This document shows positions 29,104-38,206 of a stretch of DNA of 64,000 nt, piece by piece. The notes below the pieces were generated by a model. It worked only from the letters and a program-made list of their open reading frames with translations. It searched no databases and was not told the origin of the DNA. The DNA comes from Candidatus Bathyarchaeota archaeon (GTDB taxonomy: Archaea; Thermoproteota; Bathyarchaeia; Bathyarchaeales; Bathycorpusculaceae). Numbering within the stretch: position 1 is the first letter of the stretch; each line of letters starts with the position of its first letter. The stretch spans positions 672,001-736,000 of the forward strand of contig CAWFFH010000003.1 of NCBI GenBank assembly GCA_963815095.1, in the 5' to 3' direction. Both the position numbers and the translations under genes were made by a program.

Positions 29104-29189
29104 TAACTTGCCTGCCTTTCATGGACCGTTAAAGTAGGGCTCACCCCGTATTTAATTATGCCCAAACAAAGATGGTTAACTCACGGCGT

Positions 29190-29948
29190 TTATGAACGCC
29201 AAACTGCCTTCATGGTATACGATAAGTAGCTTTTGATTTCGGTCCATGAAAGCTTAGATTTTCCCCGCTTCCTATTCACAAACAAAATGGGCGTTTCTTC
29301 TACATTGAAGTTCCTCAGTGATGCTTGCCTGACCGTTTCTATCTGAATTTCATAAGTGTGACTGTGCAGGTTGTTAATGGCTTCTTTAAGGAAACTCGTT
29401 GAGTAGCATCGGAACCCGCTTGTGCAATCTTTAAGTTTTAAGCCCAATGATGCTCGCGCGATGAGGTTAGCGGTTCTACTAATTACTTTTCTGGATAATG
29501 GCCACCCTGCAATTTTACCTCCTTTTACGTACCTGCTGCCGATGACAATTCCGCAGGCACATTCCCTCATGGTGGCTAATAGTTGAGGGATATCTTGTGG
29601 ATTGTGGGAGTAATCGGCATCCATTGTGAAAACATATTTTGGGGGTTCCTTGGCGGATAAGAATATTTTGAATCCATCAGTTATAGCTGTACCCAAACCC
29701 GTCTTTTTTGGTCTTACATAAAGCGTGATGTTTGGGTATTTTTTTTGTTTCTTCTGCACGATTTCTGCAGTTCCATCTGGGCTGGAATCATCAATAACCA
29801 GTATGGATGCATCCAACTTTAAATTTTCAATATCCTCAATTAGTTTTGCAATGTTTTCTGCTTCTCCATAAGTAGGAAGAATCACGCCGATTTCAGAGTT
29901 CACCATGGAATTACCAATTGATTGATAGGACATAAAAAATTTTGCCAT
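29190..29948 (-). CDS. Dolichol-phosphate mannosyltransferase-like GT2 (Dpm1-like)
   Basis: ILPTYGEAENI, IDDSSPDGT, MDADYSHNP, GSRY and DCTSGFR. Confidence 0.9.
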   Translation of the reverse strand: MAKFFMSYQSIGNSMVNSEIGVILPTYGEAENIAKLIEDIENLKLDASILVIDDSSPDGTAEIVQKKQKKYPNITLYVRPKKTGLGTAITDGFKIFLSAKEPPKYVFTMDADYSHNPQDIPQLLATMRECACGIVIGSRYVKGGKIAGWPLSRKVISRTANLIARASLGLKLKDCTSGFRCYSTSFLKEAINNLHSHTYEIQIETVRQASLRNFNVEETPILFVNRKRGKSKLSWTEIKSYLSYTMKAVWRS

Positions 29949-29987
29949 CCTTACAAGAGTTTAATGAATTAATAAATCTTTAACAAG

Positions 29988-31013
29988 TCATTCCGCCTTA
30001 CTTTTCTGCTCAGTTTTTCTTTTGTAGTATTTTAGTGGATGATAGATTCTTCGGCATAAGTCATCTTTGTTCTTGCATACGCCATGGGTCTGAAGAACTG
30101 AACACTGAGGGCAAGTGTACTTTGTTCCGGACCCGCGCTCTCCAGCGATATGCTCGATTTGGTAGCGTGTTAGGCGTTCATTATAGTCGGAGAAGGTTTT
30201 GAACATATCATTCAAACCTTCAGGGGTCATTCCTATGTTTATCATGAACGAAGTTAAAGTGAAACGTCCGATGTGGCTTAGATGGTGGGCTTGAGATGCA
30301 TCTTCGTAGAGGGCGTTTATACATGGGGGGAAAGCTCCTTGAACGACAACTTTGGGCATTTCCTCAATTTCCTGTCCCATGATCGTCTGCGCCAGCTTGG
30401 TTAATTCTTCGGCTATTTCGGATATCTCTTGAGGAAGGTTTTTGATTTCTGAAACATCAAGTCTTTTTTCCACTCGATTCTTCACTTCTTCCTGAAGCAG
30501 CCGAACTGCCTTATCCTTATTTAAATAGACTATTCCTTTGTCTATAATTTGGTTAATCAGCTTCCACTCCGATCCATGCATGTGAGCAGCATTCTTCAAG
30601 TAGAAACTAAACCCTAAACCAAAATCCTTGCCCACCATGCCTTCACAAATATCCCAGTCAAAGTCTTGGGCAATAGCAAAAATCTTTTCTTTATTTTCTC
30701 CAAGCAACTGTGAATGCGCCGTTTTTGCAACAGCCAATGCGTATCTTTTTTTTATCCACGAATTTTTAGTTGCAATAACCAGAATAAGTGCCGCCGCAAA
30801 AGAAGAGATTTCTGCTCTTCTGTCCCTCACTGCCTCTCCTGTGTTCACTTCCAAGATTGCTTTTTCCACACGGTTTTGGGCGCGGTCAAAAACGGGTTTC
30901 TCAGAAGCTAAGCTTCCGATTGTGAATTGTAGTTGTTCTATCTGTTTGGAGGCTTGTTTTAGAAATGGGTATTTGGCAAAATCTTCAGAAGATAATGCCG
31001 ATTCCATTTGCAA
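29988..31013 (-). CDS. priL: DNA primase large subunit
   Basis: AKYPFL, FPPCI, HIGRF, YQIEHIAG and C-terminal Fe-S cysteines with HPLKYY. Confidence 0.94.
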   Translation of the reverse strand: MQMESALSSEDFAKYPFLKQASKQIEQLQFTIGSLASEKPVFDRAQNRVEKAILEVNTGEAVRDRRAEISSFAAALILVIATKNSWIKKRYALAVAKTAHSQLLGENKEKIFAIAQDFDWDICEGMVGKDFGLGFSFYLKNAAHMHGSEWKLINQIIDKGIVYLNKDKAVRLLQEEVKNRVEKRLDVSEIKNLPQEISEIAEELTKLAQTIMGQEIEEMPKVVVQGAFPPCINALYEDASQAHHLSHIGRFTLTSFMINIGMTPEGLNDMFKTFSDYNERLTRYQIEHIAGERGSGTKYTCPQCSVLQTHGVCKNKDDLCRRIYHPLKYYKRKTEQKSKAE

Positions 31014-31020
31014 CTTGGTC

Positions 31021-31776
31021 TTACTCTGTTTCGATTCTTGGCGCCAAGAAGAAGGTTAACTTTCCCTCTTTTGTTTGTTGGAAGTCAATTCTCACAGGCA
31101 TGTCGCTTGAGAATTCGAGAGTTGCAATATCTGAGGTTGCCGATGCTGCTTTTATGATTTCGGAGAGGTAGCTTAGGCTGAATGTTGCTTTGGCGTTCTC
31201 TTTAACTTCCAAATCCAGCAATGCGTCGTTGCCTTTTTGGAGGGTGATGGTTGCTCCCATTAAGTCGCCTGAAGCGCTTAGGGTTAATTTTTCTGGTTCT
31301 GCCTCGATTCGAACGTGGTCGCTGACTAGTTGGGCGTCTTCGATTGCTTGGCTTAAGCCTTGGGTTGTGGTTTTGGCTTTAACATTGAAGCTGATTTTTG
31401 GTGTTGGGACTTCTTCTTCGGAGGCTTCAAGCGTTGGCATCGTAAAGTTACGGCTGTACTTTCCCATTATAGTTACGAGTAATTTTCCAGTTTTTTCGTC
31501 AAGAGACAGCTCGACGGATTCGTCTTTCCCTGCTCGTTTGAGAAGTTTGAGAAGCTCGCTTATATTGAGGCAGATTTTTGATGGCTCAGTGGATATGAAT
31601 TCTTGGAAGATGGTTTTGGGCCATTCAAAATCAATCATGGCGACGCGTGAGGGGTCCATGGCTCGAAGTTTTAAGCCTTCAGCGTCAATTTTGAAGGTTG
31701 CTTCGTCAACTAGAATTGAGATGGCAGTTGCCATATCTCTTAGGAGTTTAGCGTCAGACACTTTAAGCTTGAACAT
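31021..31776 (-). CDS. pcn: DNA sliding clamp PCNA
   Basis: RAMDPSRVAMID, FSLSYL and FFLAPR. Start moved to the ATG at 31776, which follows GAGG. Confidence 0.97.
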   Translation of the reverse strand: MFKLKVSDAKLLRDMATAISILVDEATFKIDAEGLKLRAMDPSRVAMIDFEWPKTIFQEFISTEPSKICLNISELLKLLKRAGKDESVELSLDEKTGKLLVTIMGKYSRNFTMPTLEASEEEVPTPKISFNVKAKTTTQGLSQAIEDAQLVSDHVRIEAEPEKLTLSASGDLMGATITLQKGNDALLDLEVKENAKATFSLSYLSEIIKAASATSDIATLEFSSDMPVRIDFQQTKEGKLTFFLAPRIETE

Positions 31777-32017
31777 TTTCCTCTCTTCCTCGCTATATGC
31801 ATACAGGTAATATGCTAACATTACAGTCTGAGTTAATAAATTTGTTCTAGTGGAACCCACAAATATTTACTTAAAGATTGGGAACGTAATGTGGTTGTTT
31901 TGTATTGAAGGGGCTTAAGTTTTTTCTAAGTAACATTGTTAGTAGCCTTTGTTTTTGCTTGATAAGTCATAAAGTATAAGAATGTGTATGTTTCTTTTAT
32001 GCGGGCTGGTCGATACC

Positions 32018-32293
32018 GTGAACGTTCCAAAAGAAGTAAAGACTTACTGTCCAAAATGTAAAGTTCATCGAACTCACAGTGTAACTCTCTACAAGCCGGG
32101 AAAACGCAGAGCCTTAGCAAGAGGCGAACGCCACCATGAACGTGAAAAAGAGGGTTACGGTGGACAAAAATATCCACTGCAACATGAATTCGCAAAAACC
32201 ACTAAAAAACAAACTTTGCGCTTAAAATGCAAAGTTTGTAATTACATGCGTCACAAAGACGGTATCCGACTACGAAAACTAGCCATAGTATAA
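32018..32293 (+). CDS. rpl44e: 50S ribosomal protein L44e
   Basis: TYCPKC, GYGGQ and KTTKK..L.LKCKVC. GTG start at 32018. Confidence 0.96.
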   Translation: MNVPKEVKTYCPKCKVHRTHSVTLYKPGKRRALARGERHHEREKEGYGGQKYPLQHEFAKTTKKQTLRLKCKVCNYMRHKDGIRLRKLAIV

Positions 32294-32314
32294 AATTAAC
32301 GGAGTTTAAAAATT

Positions 32315-32512
32315 ATGTCTGAATGGAATAAACTTATCCCGAAACCGCGAAGCGTCTTCCTGCGGGTTAAATGCCAAAAATGCGGTAATGAGCAACTCAT
32401 CTTCAGCAACGCAGTTAACAAAATAGTTTGCAATGTCTGCGGCGAAGTGTTGGCTGAACCCAGAGGCGGAAGAGCAAAAATTAACGGTGACGTCCAAGCA
32501 GTTCTCGAGTAA
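32315..32512 (+). CDS. rps27e: 30S ribosomal protein S27e
   Basis: PRSVFLRVKCQKCGNEQLIF...CNVCG...PRGG. Confidence 0.96.
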   Translation: MSEWNKLIPKPRSVFLRVKCQKCGNEQLIFSNAVNKIVCNVCGEVLAEPRGGRAKINGDVQAVLE

Positions 32513-32527
32513 GAAATGAACAGCAAA

Positions 32528-32584
32528 ATGGCTGAGCGTAAGCTAAAAGGCTGGCAGCTTAGCTTTTCTAGAAGGGACGACTAA
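32528..32584 (+). pseudogene. Probable internally deleted remnant of aIF-2 alpha (mini-ORF MAERKLKGWQLSFSRRDD)
   Basis: Occupies the conserved aIF2-alpha slot between S27e and Nop10. Its stop (32582-32584) directly abuts the Nop10 start. The identity is inferred from synteny and remembered termini. Confidence 0.55.
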
Positions 32585-32755
32585 TTGGTTTGGCAACTCC
32601 GCAAATGCGTTAAATGCGAAAAATATACTTTAAACAAAACTAGTTGCCCCTACTGTGGAGGATCAGTCAGAATCCCACATCCAGCCAAATTTTCTCCAGA
32701 CGATAAATACCTAAAGTATCGAATGGCTATGAAAAGGAGCGCAGAAGCAGAATGA
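32585..32755 (+). CDS. nop10: H/ACA RNP protein Nop10 (not in ORF track)
   Basis: Hand translation from TTG: MVWQLRKCVKCEKYTLNKTSCPYCGGSVRIPHPAKFSPDDKYLKYR... Has the HPAKFSPDD signature and an ATGA overlap with the next gene. Confidence 0.95.
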   Translation: MVWQLRKCVKCEKYTLNKTSCPYCGGSVRIPHPAKFSPDDKYLKYRMAMKRSAEAE

Positions 32756-33522
32756 AGGAAACCTATATCAAAGAATTTGCTGAAATCCACCCTAACAACC
32801 CTATCCTTATCGAAGGTCTGCCTGGCTTAGGACTCGTGGGCAAAATTGCGCTCCGCTACCTAATCAAACAGCTAAAAGCCAAAAAAATTGCTTATCTCTA
32901 TTCACCCCACTTTCCATACTTCGTCTTAGTTAACAAAAAGGGTAATGTGCGTTTGCTTAGAGGGGCATTCTATTATTACCAAAACCCCAAAGGAAACGAC
33001 ATCATCCTCTTTACAGGCGATAGCCAAAGCCAAACCATCGAAGGACAATATGAAATCGCGGACAGACTGCTTGACTTCTCGGAAAAACATGGCGTTAAAA
33101 CAATCGCAACTATTGGTGGCTACCGCATGGAACCCAAAGAGAAACCCAAAGTCTTCATAGCAGCAACTTCCCAAGATGTTTTAAACAGGGCGTTGCAAGG
33201 CGGCGCAACATTAAGCACCTCTGGAAGTCCAATCGTTGGTACTGCAGGCCTTATTCTTGGCTTAGCAAAATTCAAAAAAATCGATGCCCTCTGCCTACTT
33301 GGCGAAACACGCGGTTATCTACCTGATCCACTTGCAGCCAAAAGCGTTTTAGAAGTATTAGTGTCAACGTTCAACTTTGACTTGGACCTCACAGGCTTAA
33401 ATGAAGAAATTGCTAAAGCAGAAACAATGGTTACTCGATTACAGCAAATCGAAGAAAAACGCGCTGTACAAGCGGAAGAAAGTAAGAAACAGGAAGACAA
33501 GAAAACAACCTACATTTCTTAA
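32752..33522 (+). CDS. PAC2-family proteasome assembly chaperone
   Basis: IEGLPGLGLVGK, IVGTAGL and CLLGETRGYLPDP. Usual neighbour of nop10. Confidence 0.92.
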   Translation: MKETYIKEFAEIHPNNPILIEGLPGLGLVGKIALRYLIKQLKAKKIAYLYSPHFPYFVLVNKKGNVRLLRGAFYYYQNPKGNDIILFTGDSQSQTIEGQYEIADRLLDFSEKHGVKTIATIGGYRMEPKEKPKVFIAATSQDVLNRALQGGATLSTSGSPIVGTAGLILGLAKFKKIDALCLLGETRGYLPDPLAAKSVLEVLVSTFNFDLDLTGLNEEIAKAETMVTRLQQIEEKRAVQAEESKKQEDKKTTYIS

Positions 33523-33636
33523 AGGTCATCCTTCTCTTTTTGTATTAGCCCCATTTGCGGTTACCTATTCAAAATATGAGAAAGTTGAGGTTTTTTCTTC
33601 AACTGGTTTTGAGCATAACTCTAATTTCGTTCACGC

Positions 33637-35670
33637 CTATGTTTTCTTTAGGCATCCTTCTCGAGGCTCATAAATCGTGCCTTCCCGCAGCAGTTGCCCT
33701 ATCATGCGTTCTACTTCGCCCCTTGGAATCTTTTGCTTAGTTTCCAACTCGTTAACAAGCGCATCTTTCTCTACGATGCCTGTTATCTTTTCCATATCCA
33801 TCAGCGTCGATAGTACCACATGTAATCTGTCTCGGATGCTCTTGGGTCTGCCAGTCATAATTAAGTCAATGTCGACTTTGTAAGAGGACATGTCGATTCC
33901 CACTTCCTCAAGCGATCTCTTCATAATTGTTATGGCCGCATCCGCATCTTCAGCCGTGACTTCCTTGCGCAGTGCAACTCGTGCTCTTGCTTCAGAGACT
34001 CGAACCAGTGATTCCAGCTGGCGAGCTGTTATAGCCACAGGTGAGCCTTCGGTTTCGCTTGCTGAACGCATCGCTAAGTAAAAGTCGCTTAGGCGGTTTA
34101 ATGCGTCCATGCTTAATTCTGGCTTGATGCTCTTAGCAAAACTGACATATTTTCGCAAAAGCTCCGCATCAACCTGTGCTTCTACAGGGCTTACTCCTCT
34201 TCGATGAATTTCCAAAATATGTCTGGACATTTTGCCGTCCGATTCCTTGTTTGGAATGTCTCGGAGAACAAAGATTAAGTCAAAACGCGACAGGATAGTT
34301 ACTGGCAGGGAGATGTTTTCTGCGACGGTTCGGTTAGGTTCGTACCTGCCTAATGATGGGTTTGCTGCAGCAAGAACCGCTGTTCTCGCGTTTAATGTGG
34401 CGACGATGCCTCCTTTTGCAACTGAAACTGTGTGTTGTTCCATGGCTTCGTGGATGGCAACGCGGTCTTCGGGACGCATCTTGTCCATTTCGTCGATGCA
34501 GGCGATTCCTTTGTCGGCGAGAACAAGTGCACCTGCTTCTAGACTCATGCTTCCACCTTTTTCTCGAACTACTGCGGCGGTTAAGCCTGCGGCGGTGGTT
34601 CCTCTGCCCGAGGTGTACAAGCCCCTTGGCGCTATTCTAGCGACGTACTGAAGTAGCTGTGATTTGGCTGTTCCTGGGTCACCGATGAGCAGAGCGTTCA
34701 TTTCGCCTCTCACGTTTACGTCTGGTAGAGTCTTTGAAACTCCGCCAAAGAGCAAATACATTATGGCTTCTTTGATGTGTTCTAAGCCAAAGATTGAGGG
34801 TGCAATCGAGCTCATGATTTTTTTGTGAACTAACGGGTCTTTGGATAATTCAATCATTTTAGCTTCTTCTTCAGGGGTCGGCGGTGAGGTTTCTGGTTCT
34901 TTACCCAAGACTTCTATGGAGTTGGCGTCTAATTGTAAAATGAATGTGCGGAGTTTTCCCATGCCCATTAGTGATGGTGCAAAAGCGCGTACGGTGCCGA
35001 CTATTGAAACGTGGTCTCCTGGTCTTGCAACATCAACTATTTCGTCGCCGATAAGTTTCACAGCTAATACTCGTGGCAATTGTCCTGGAGGTAAATCCTC
35101 TGGTTTTTCTTGTAATCTTAGGTCTTGTGAATCTATGAATGTAGATTCTTCTTGGCTGAATTCAAATGGGCCATCTCTTCCGCAATCTGGAGCAACGCAA
35201 ATTGTTGGCGCTTTGAGAAATTGTCCTGTTTGTTCAACTTGGTTCATGGTACCGCAACGTTTGCATTTGAAAGCTCCTAGCTGAACCATGGGTCGAACAG
35301 GTGTGGCTCTTACAACAATGCCTTCAACCATGATTAGTTTGCTCATTTGCCTTGAGCCGAGTTTTCGAAGTACCTCTTTACCCAGTAGCTTTACAATTCT
35401 AACTATGACTTTCTCTATTTTTTCAGCATATTCCGCGTCTTCGATTCGAAGTTGCTCGTAGGCTCCTTTACCAGCGTGCTGCAAGTAATCCTCAGGCTTG
35501 TTGAGTAGCAGTTCTGCGAGTGCTTGGTCAAATCCGTAAAGTTCTTCAAAATCGATGGTTAACGAGCCCCTTCCGGAAATGGCTAACTGGGCGATTTTTT
35601 GGCGATACTTCTCTTTTTTGAAGAATTCTTGAAAACGCTGCTGAGGATCTATAGTTTCGAGTTTAGCCAT
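33637..35670 (-). CDS. mcm: Replicative helicase MCM
   Basis: Walker A GDPGTAKS, IDEMDK, SRFD arginine finger and Zn motif. Probable start at 35670. Confidence 0.98.
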   Translation of the reverse strand: MAKLETIDPQQRFQEFFKKEKYRQKIAQLAISGRGSLTIDFEELYGFDQALAELLLNKPEDYLQHAGKGAYEQLRIEDAEYAEKIEKVIVRIVKLLGKEVLRKLGSRQMSKLIMVEGIVVRATPVRPMVQLGAFKCKRCGTMNQVEQTGQFLKAPTICVAPDCGRDGPFEFSQEESTFIDSQDLRLQEKPEDLPPGQLPRVLAVKLIGDEIVDVARPGDHVSIVGTVRAFAPSLMGMGKLRTFILQLDANSIEVLGKEPETSPPTPEEEAKMIELSKDPLVHKKIMSSIAPSIFGLEHIKEAIMYLLFGGVSKTLPDVNVRGEMNALLIGDPGTAKSQLLQYVARIAPRGLYTSGRGTTAAGLTAAVVREKGGSMSLEAGALVLADKGIACIDEMDKMRPEDRVAIHEAMEQHTVSVAKGGIVATLNARTAVLAAANPSLGRYEPNRTVAENISLPVTILSRFDLIFVLRDIPNKESDGKMSRHILEIHRRGVSPVEAQVDAELLRKYVSFAKSIKPELSMDALNRLSDFYLAMRSASETEGSPVAITARQLESLVRVSEARARVALRKEVTAEDADAAITIMKRSLEEVGIDMSSYKVDIDLIMTGRPKSIRDRLHVVLSTLMDMEKITGIVEKDALVNELETKQKIPRGEVERMIGQLLREGTIYEPREGCLKKT

Positions 35671-35671
35671 C

Positions 35672-36250
35672 TTACTTTTCTCCAGCATTCTCTAAAATTC
35701 TAGTTTTCCATTCAGAAATGATTTTGACAAGTTGTTCATAGACAAGTCTTTCTTCGCTTGTGAATTTTTTCAGAACTTGATCGCTTTGGGCTGGCGCAGC
35801 AGATATAGCAACTATCTTCTTTAATCGTGAATTCACGATGTCGCGTGCTAATTGCCTTGCGCGATCATATTCTTGGAATTTAATTGAGTCAGGCTGTTTT
35901 GAGGTTTGATCTTTGAGATCCCCAATGAATCTGCGGAGTTTTGGGTAAAAATCGCCTGGCAACTCTGAAATTTGCCCGGGAATTTGTACGCCTTCTTTCC
36001 ATTGCACCTGAAACAATTTAGTTGCGTCAAGCGTTTCGCCTTCCCGAAAATGCACCATACCTGCGGCAGCGAGTTGTTTTGCTACCCAAAAATAAATTTC
36101 ATATTCGTTGCCTTCATCGAAGGGGCCCACAGTTAAGCCTGCAAGCTTGATTTCTGGGCAGTTGCGGTTGGCTACGATTTTAACTAGGGAGTTTTCATAG
36201 CAAAAGTCCAAAGTGCATATTTTCGCTGCCAAATCCCTATTCCCTCTCAA
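35672..36250 (-). CDS. GINS subunit Gins23
   Basis: B domain first (GPF...WVAKQL), then LPGDFY...RLKKI. Immediately upstream of mcm. Confidence 0.85.
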   Translation of the reverse strand: MRGNRDLAAKICTLDFCYENSLVKIVANRNCPEIKLAGLTVGPFDEGNEYEIYFWVAKQLAAAGMVHFREGETLDATKLFQVQWKEGVQIPGQISELPGDFYPKLRRFIGDLKDQTSKQPDSIKFQEYDRARQLARDIVNSRLKKIVAISAAPAQSDQVLKKFTSEERLVYEQLVKIISEWKTRILENAGEK

Positions 36251-36386
36251 TCAGATTGCCCTTAACGGGATTCAACACATATAACAAATAGAGTTTTAAG
36301 GATTGCTAGAAAAACAAATTCAAAGAAAACCAGTGCTTGAATGCATTGATTTGAAAAAATAGATTTGTTTACGATGGATGTGGTTT

Positions 36387-37637
36387 TTATGGCCATAATC
36401 CTAGGACTTTTATGGCGTTCGCCACTCTGCCTACACCAAGCATTAAAGCTCCTGTGCGCATGTCGCTCTCTTCCTTAGCTACAATCGCTTCCACATCGTT
36501 GAAGGCTTTAGTCATCTTTTCCTCAAGCTTCCGGTTAACCACTTCTAGCGGCCACTGCTCTCGCGTAAGATTCTGTACCCACTCAAAGTAGCTGACCGTG
36601 ACACCGCCGCTGTTGGCGAGTATATCTGGGATTAGGCAGATTTCTTTTTCATAGAGAATTTTGTCCGCTTCCGGGGTGGATGGTCCGTTTGCGGCTTCAG
36701 CGACCATATGAGTGTTAATCTTGTCGGCGTTCTTGCGGGTAATTTGATTTTCAAGTGCTGCGGGGATTAGTACGTCGCATTCAAGCTCCAATAATTCCTC
36801 GTTTGTAATGTTTTTGCAGTCCTTGTAGTTTTGGACAGTGCCCGTTTTTTCTTTATGTGCTAAAACGTCTGGGGGGTTTAAGCCGTCTGTGCATCGGATT
36901 CCGCCTGTGGAGTCGCTTACCGCTATGACTTTGCAGCCGATTTCTTGTGCTGTCAACGCTGCGTGGTAGCCAACGTTGCCAAAGCCCTGAATAACAACTG
37001 GTGCTCCGTTAAGTTTCAATCCATTATTCTCTGAAGCTTGTTTTACGCAGTGGATTACGCCCCTTCCTGTGGCTTCGGTTCTACCCCACGACCCGCCAAT
37101 CTCAACAGGTTTGCCGGTGGCACTTTCGGGAATTCTATAGCCTTTAAGTTGGCTATAAGTGTCCATTATCCACGCCATTGTTTGCGAGTCAGTGTACATG
37201 TCTGGCGCGGGGATGTCCATGTGGGGACCTAGGTACTCTGAGATTAAGCTGACGTACCTGCGGGTTAACCGTTCCAATTCATGTTGGCTGAGTTTTTTGG
37301 TGTCGACGCATATGCCGCCTTTGGCTCCACCGAACGGTATATTGGCGATGGCGCATTTCCAAGTCATAAGCATCGCAAGCGCGGTAACTTCGTCAATTGT
37401 TATTCCAGGAGAATATCGTATTCCGCCTTTGAAGGGTCCACGTGCGTCCCAATGCTGAACACGAACACCATTAAACACGTTGACTGCGCCATTGTCCATT
37501 CGAATGTCGATGCTAACGGAGATGGAGCGTTTGGGTTGGCTGAGCATCTTGTGCATTCCGGAATCAAGTTTCAACTTTTTGGATGCCAATTTTAGTTGAG
37601 ATAAAGCAACAGAAAGTGGTGTGTGTTCTTCCGACAT
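36387..37637 (-). CDS. gdhA: Glutamate dehydrogenase
   Basis: GPFKGGIRY, GGAKGG, PAPD, GFGNVG and ANSGGVTVSYFEWVQN. Confidence 0.95.
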   Translation of the reverse strand: MSEEHTPLSVALSQLKLASKKLKLDSGMHKMLSQPKRSISVSIDIRMDNGAVNVFNGVRVQHWDARGPFKGGIRYSPGITIDEVTALAMLMTWKCAIANIPFGGAKGGICVDTKKLSQHELERLTRRYVSLISEYLGPHMDIPAPDMYTDSQTMAWIMDTYSQLKGYRIPESATGKPVEIGGSWGRTEATGRGVIHCVKQASENNGLKLNGAPVVIQGFGNVGYHAALTAQEIGCKVIAVSDSTGGIRCTDGLNPPDVLAHKEKTGTVQNYKDCKNITNEELLELECDVLIPAALENQITRKNADKINTHMVAEAANGPSTPEADKILYEKEICLIPDILANSGGVTVSYFEWVQNLTREQWPLEVVNRKLEEKMTKAFNDVEAIVAKEESDMRTGALMLGVGRVANAIKVLGLWP

Positions 37638-37862
37638 AAAGCAAGCCTTCTATTACTAACTGTTAATCGGATTAGCTAGATAAGAATTTTGTGTGTTTGG
37701 TTGATGCTTTCGTATACGGAATGGTTAATTTTGTTCTTCCTTTTTGTCTATAGAAATTGGCAATCGATAATCTGGACATAAATGTATCATACGCCAAGTC
37801 ATTATCTAAAAAATTGGCAATTATATTATTAATAGTTAAAAAGCGAGTCTTTTGAACTACAC

Positions 37863-38201
37863 TTAAAATTTTACAAGGTATTCTTCAGACTGTTTCCTAT
37901 CTCTCAAACACTGGGGACAAACACAACTAAACGGCAAATTCTTAGTAGTGCACAGTTCGTCGTATTTGCAGTCGTCACACGCAAAGTCTTTACCACAGCG
38001 CGTGCAGCTTTGGAGAAAAACCACGTCGGTATTTAGGATACTTCTGATCAAGTCCATGAGGTTTTCGATGTCGTTGCAGCTTTTAACGGAGTAGAGGAAT
38101 TCTTCTCGGTTGTAGCTTAGCCCTGCGTTTATCAGGCGCATGAACTTTTCTTTTTCAACTCGAGGAAGCTTAAACCCCTTCTTGTTTAAAACCGTACCCA
38201 A
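37863..38201 (-). CDS. Cys-rich (probable Zn-binding) hypothetical protein
   Basis: C-terminal CTRC-x4-CDDC-x5-C...CVCPQC. Starts 5 bp after the rfcL stop. Confidence 0.7.
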   Translation of the reverse strand: MGTVLNKKGFKLPRVEKEKFMRLINAGLSYNREEFLYSVKSCNDIENLMDLIRSILNTDVVFLQSCTRCGKDFACDDCKYDELCTTKNLPFSCVCPQCLRDRKQSEEYLVKF

Positions 38202-38206
38202 GGAGC

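Noticed and set aside
31190-31810. 206-aa ORF on the + strand
   Set aside because: Antisense shadow of PCNA with no recognisable motifs.
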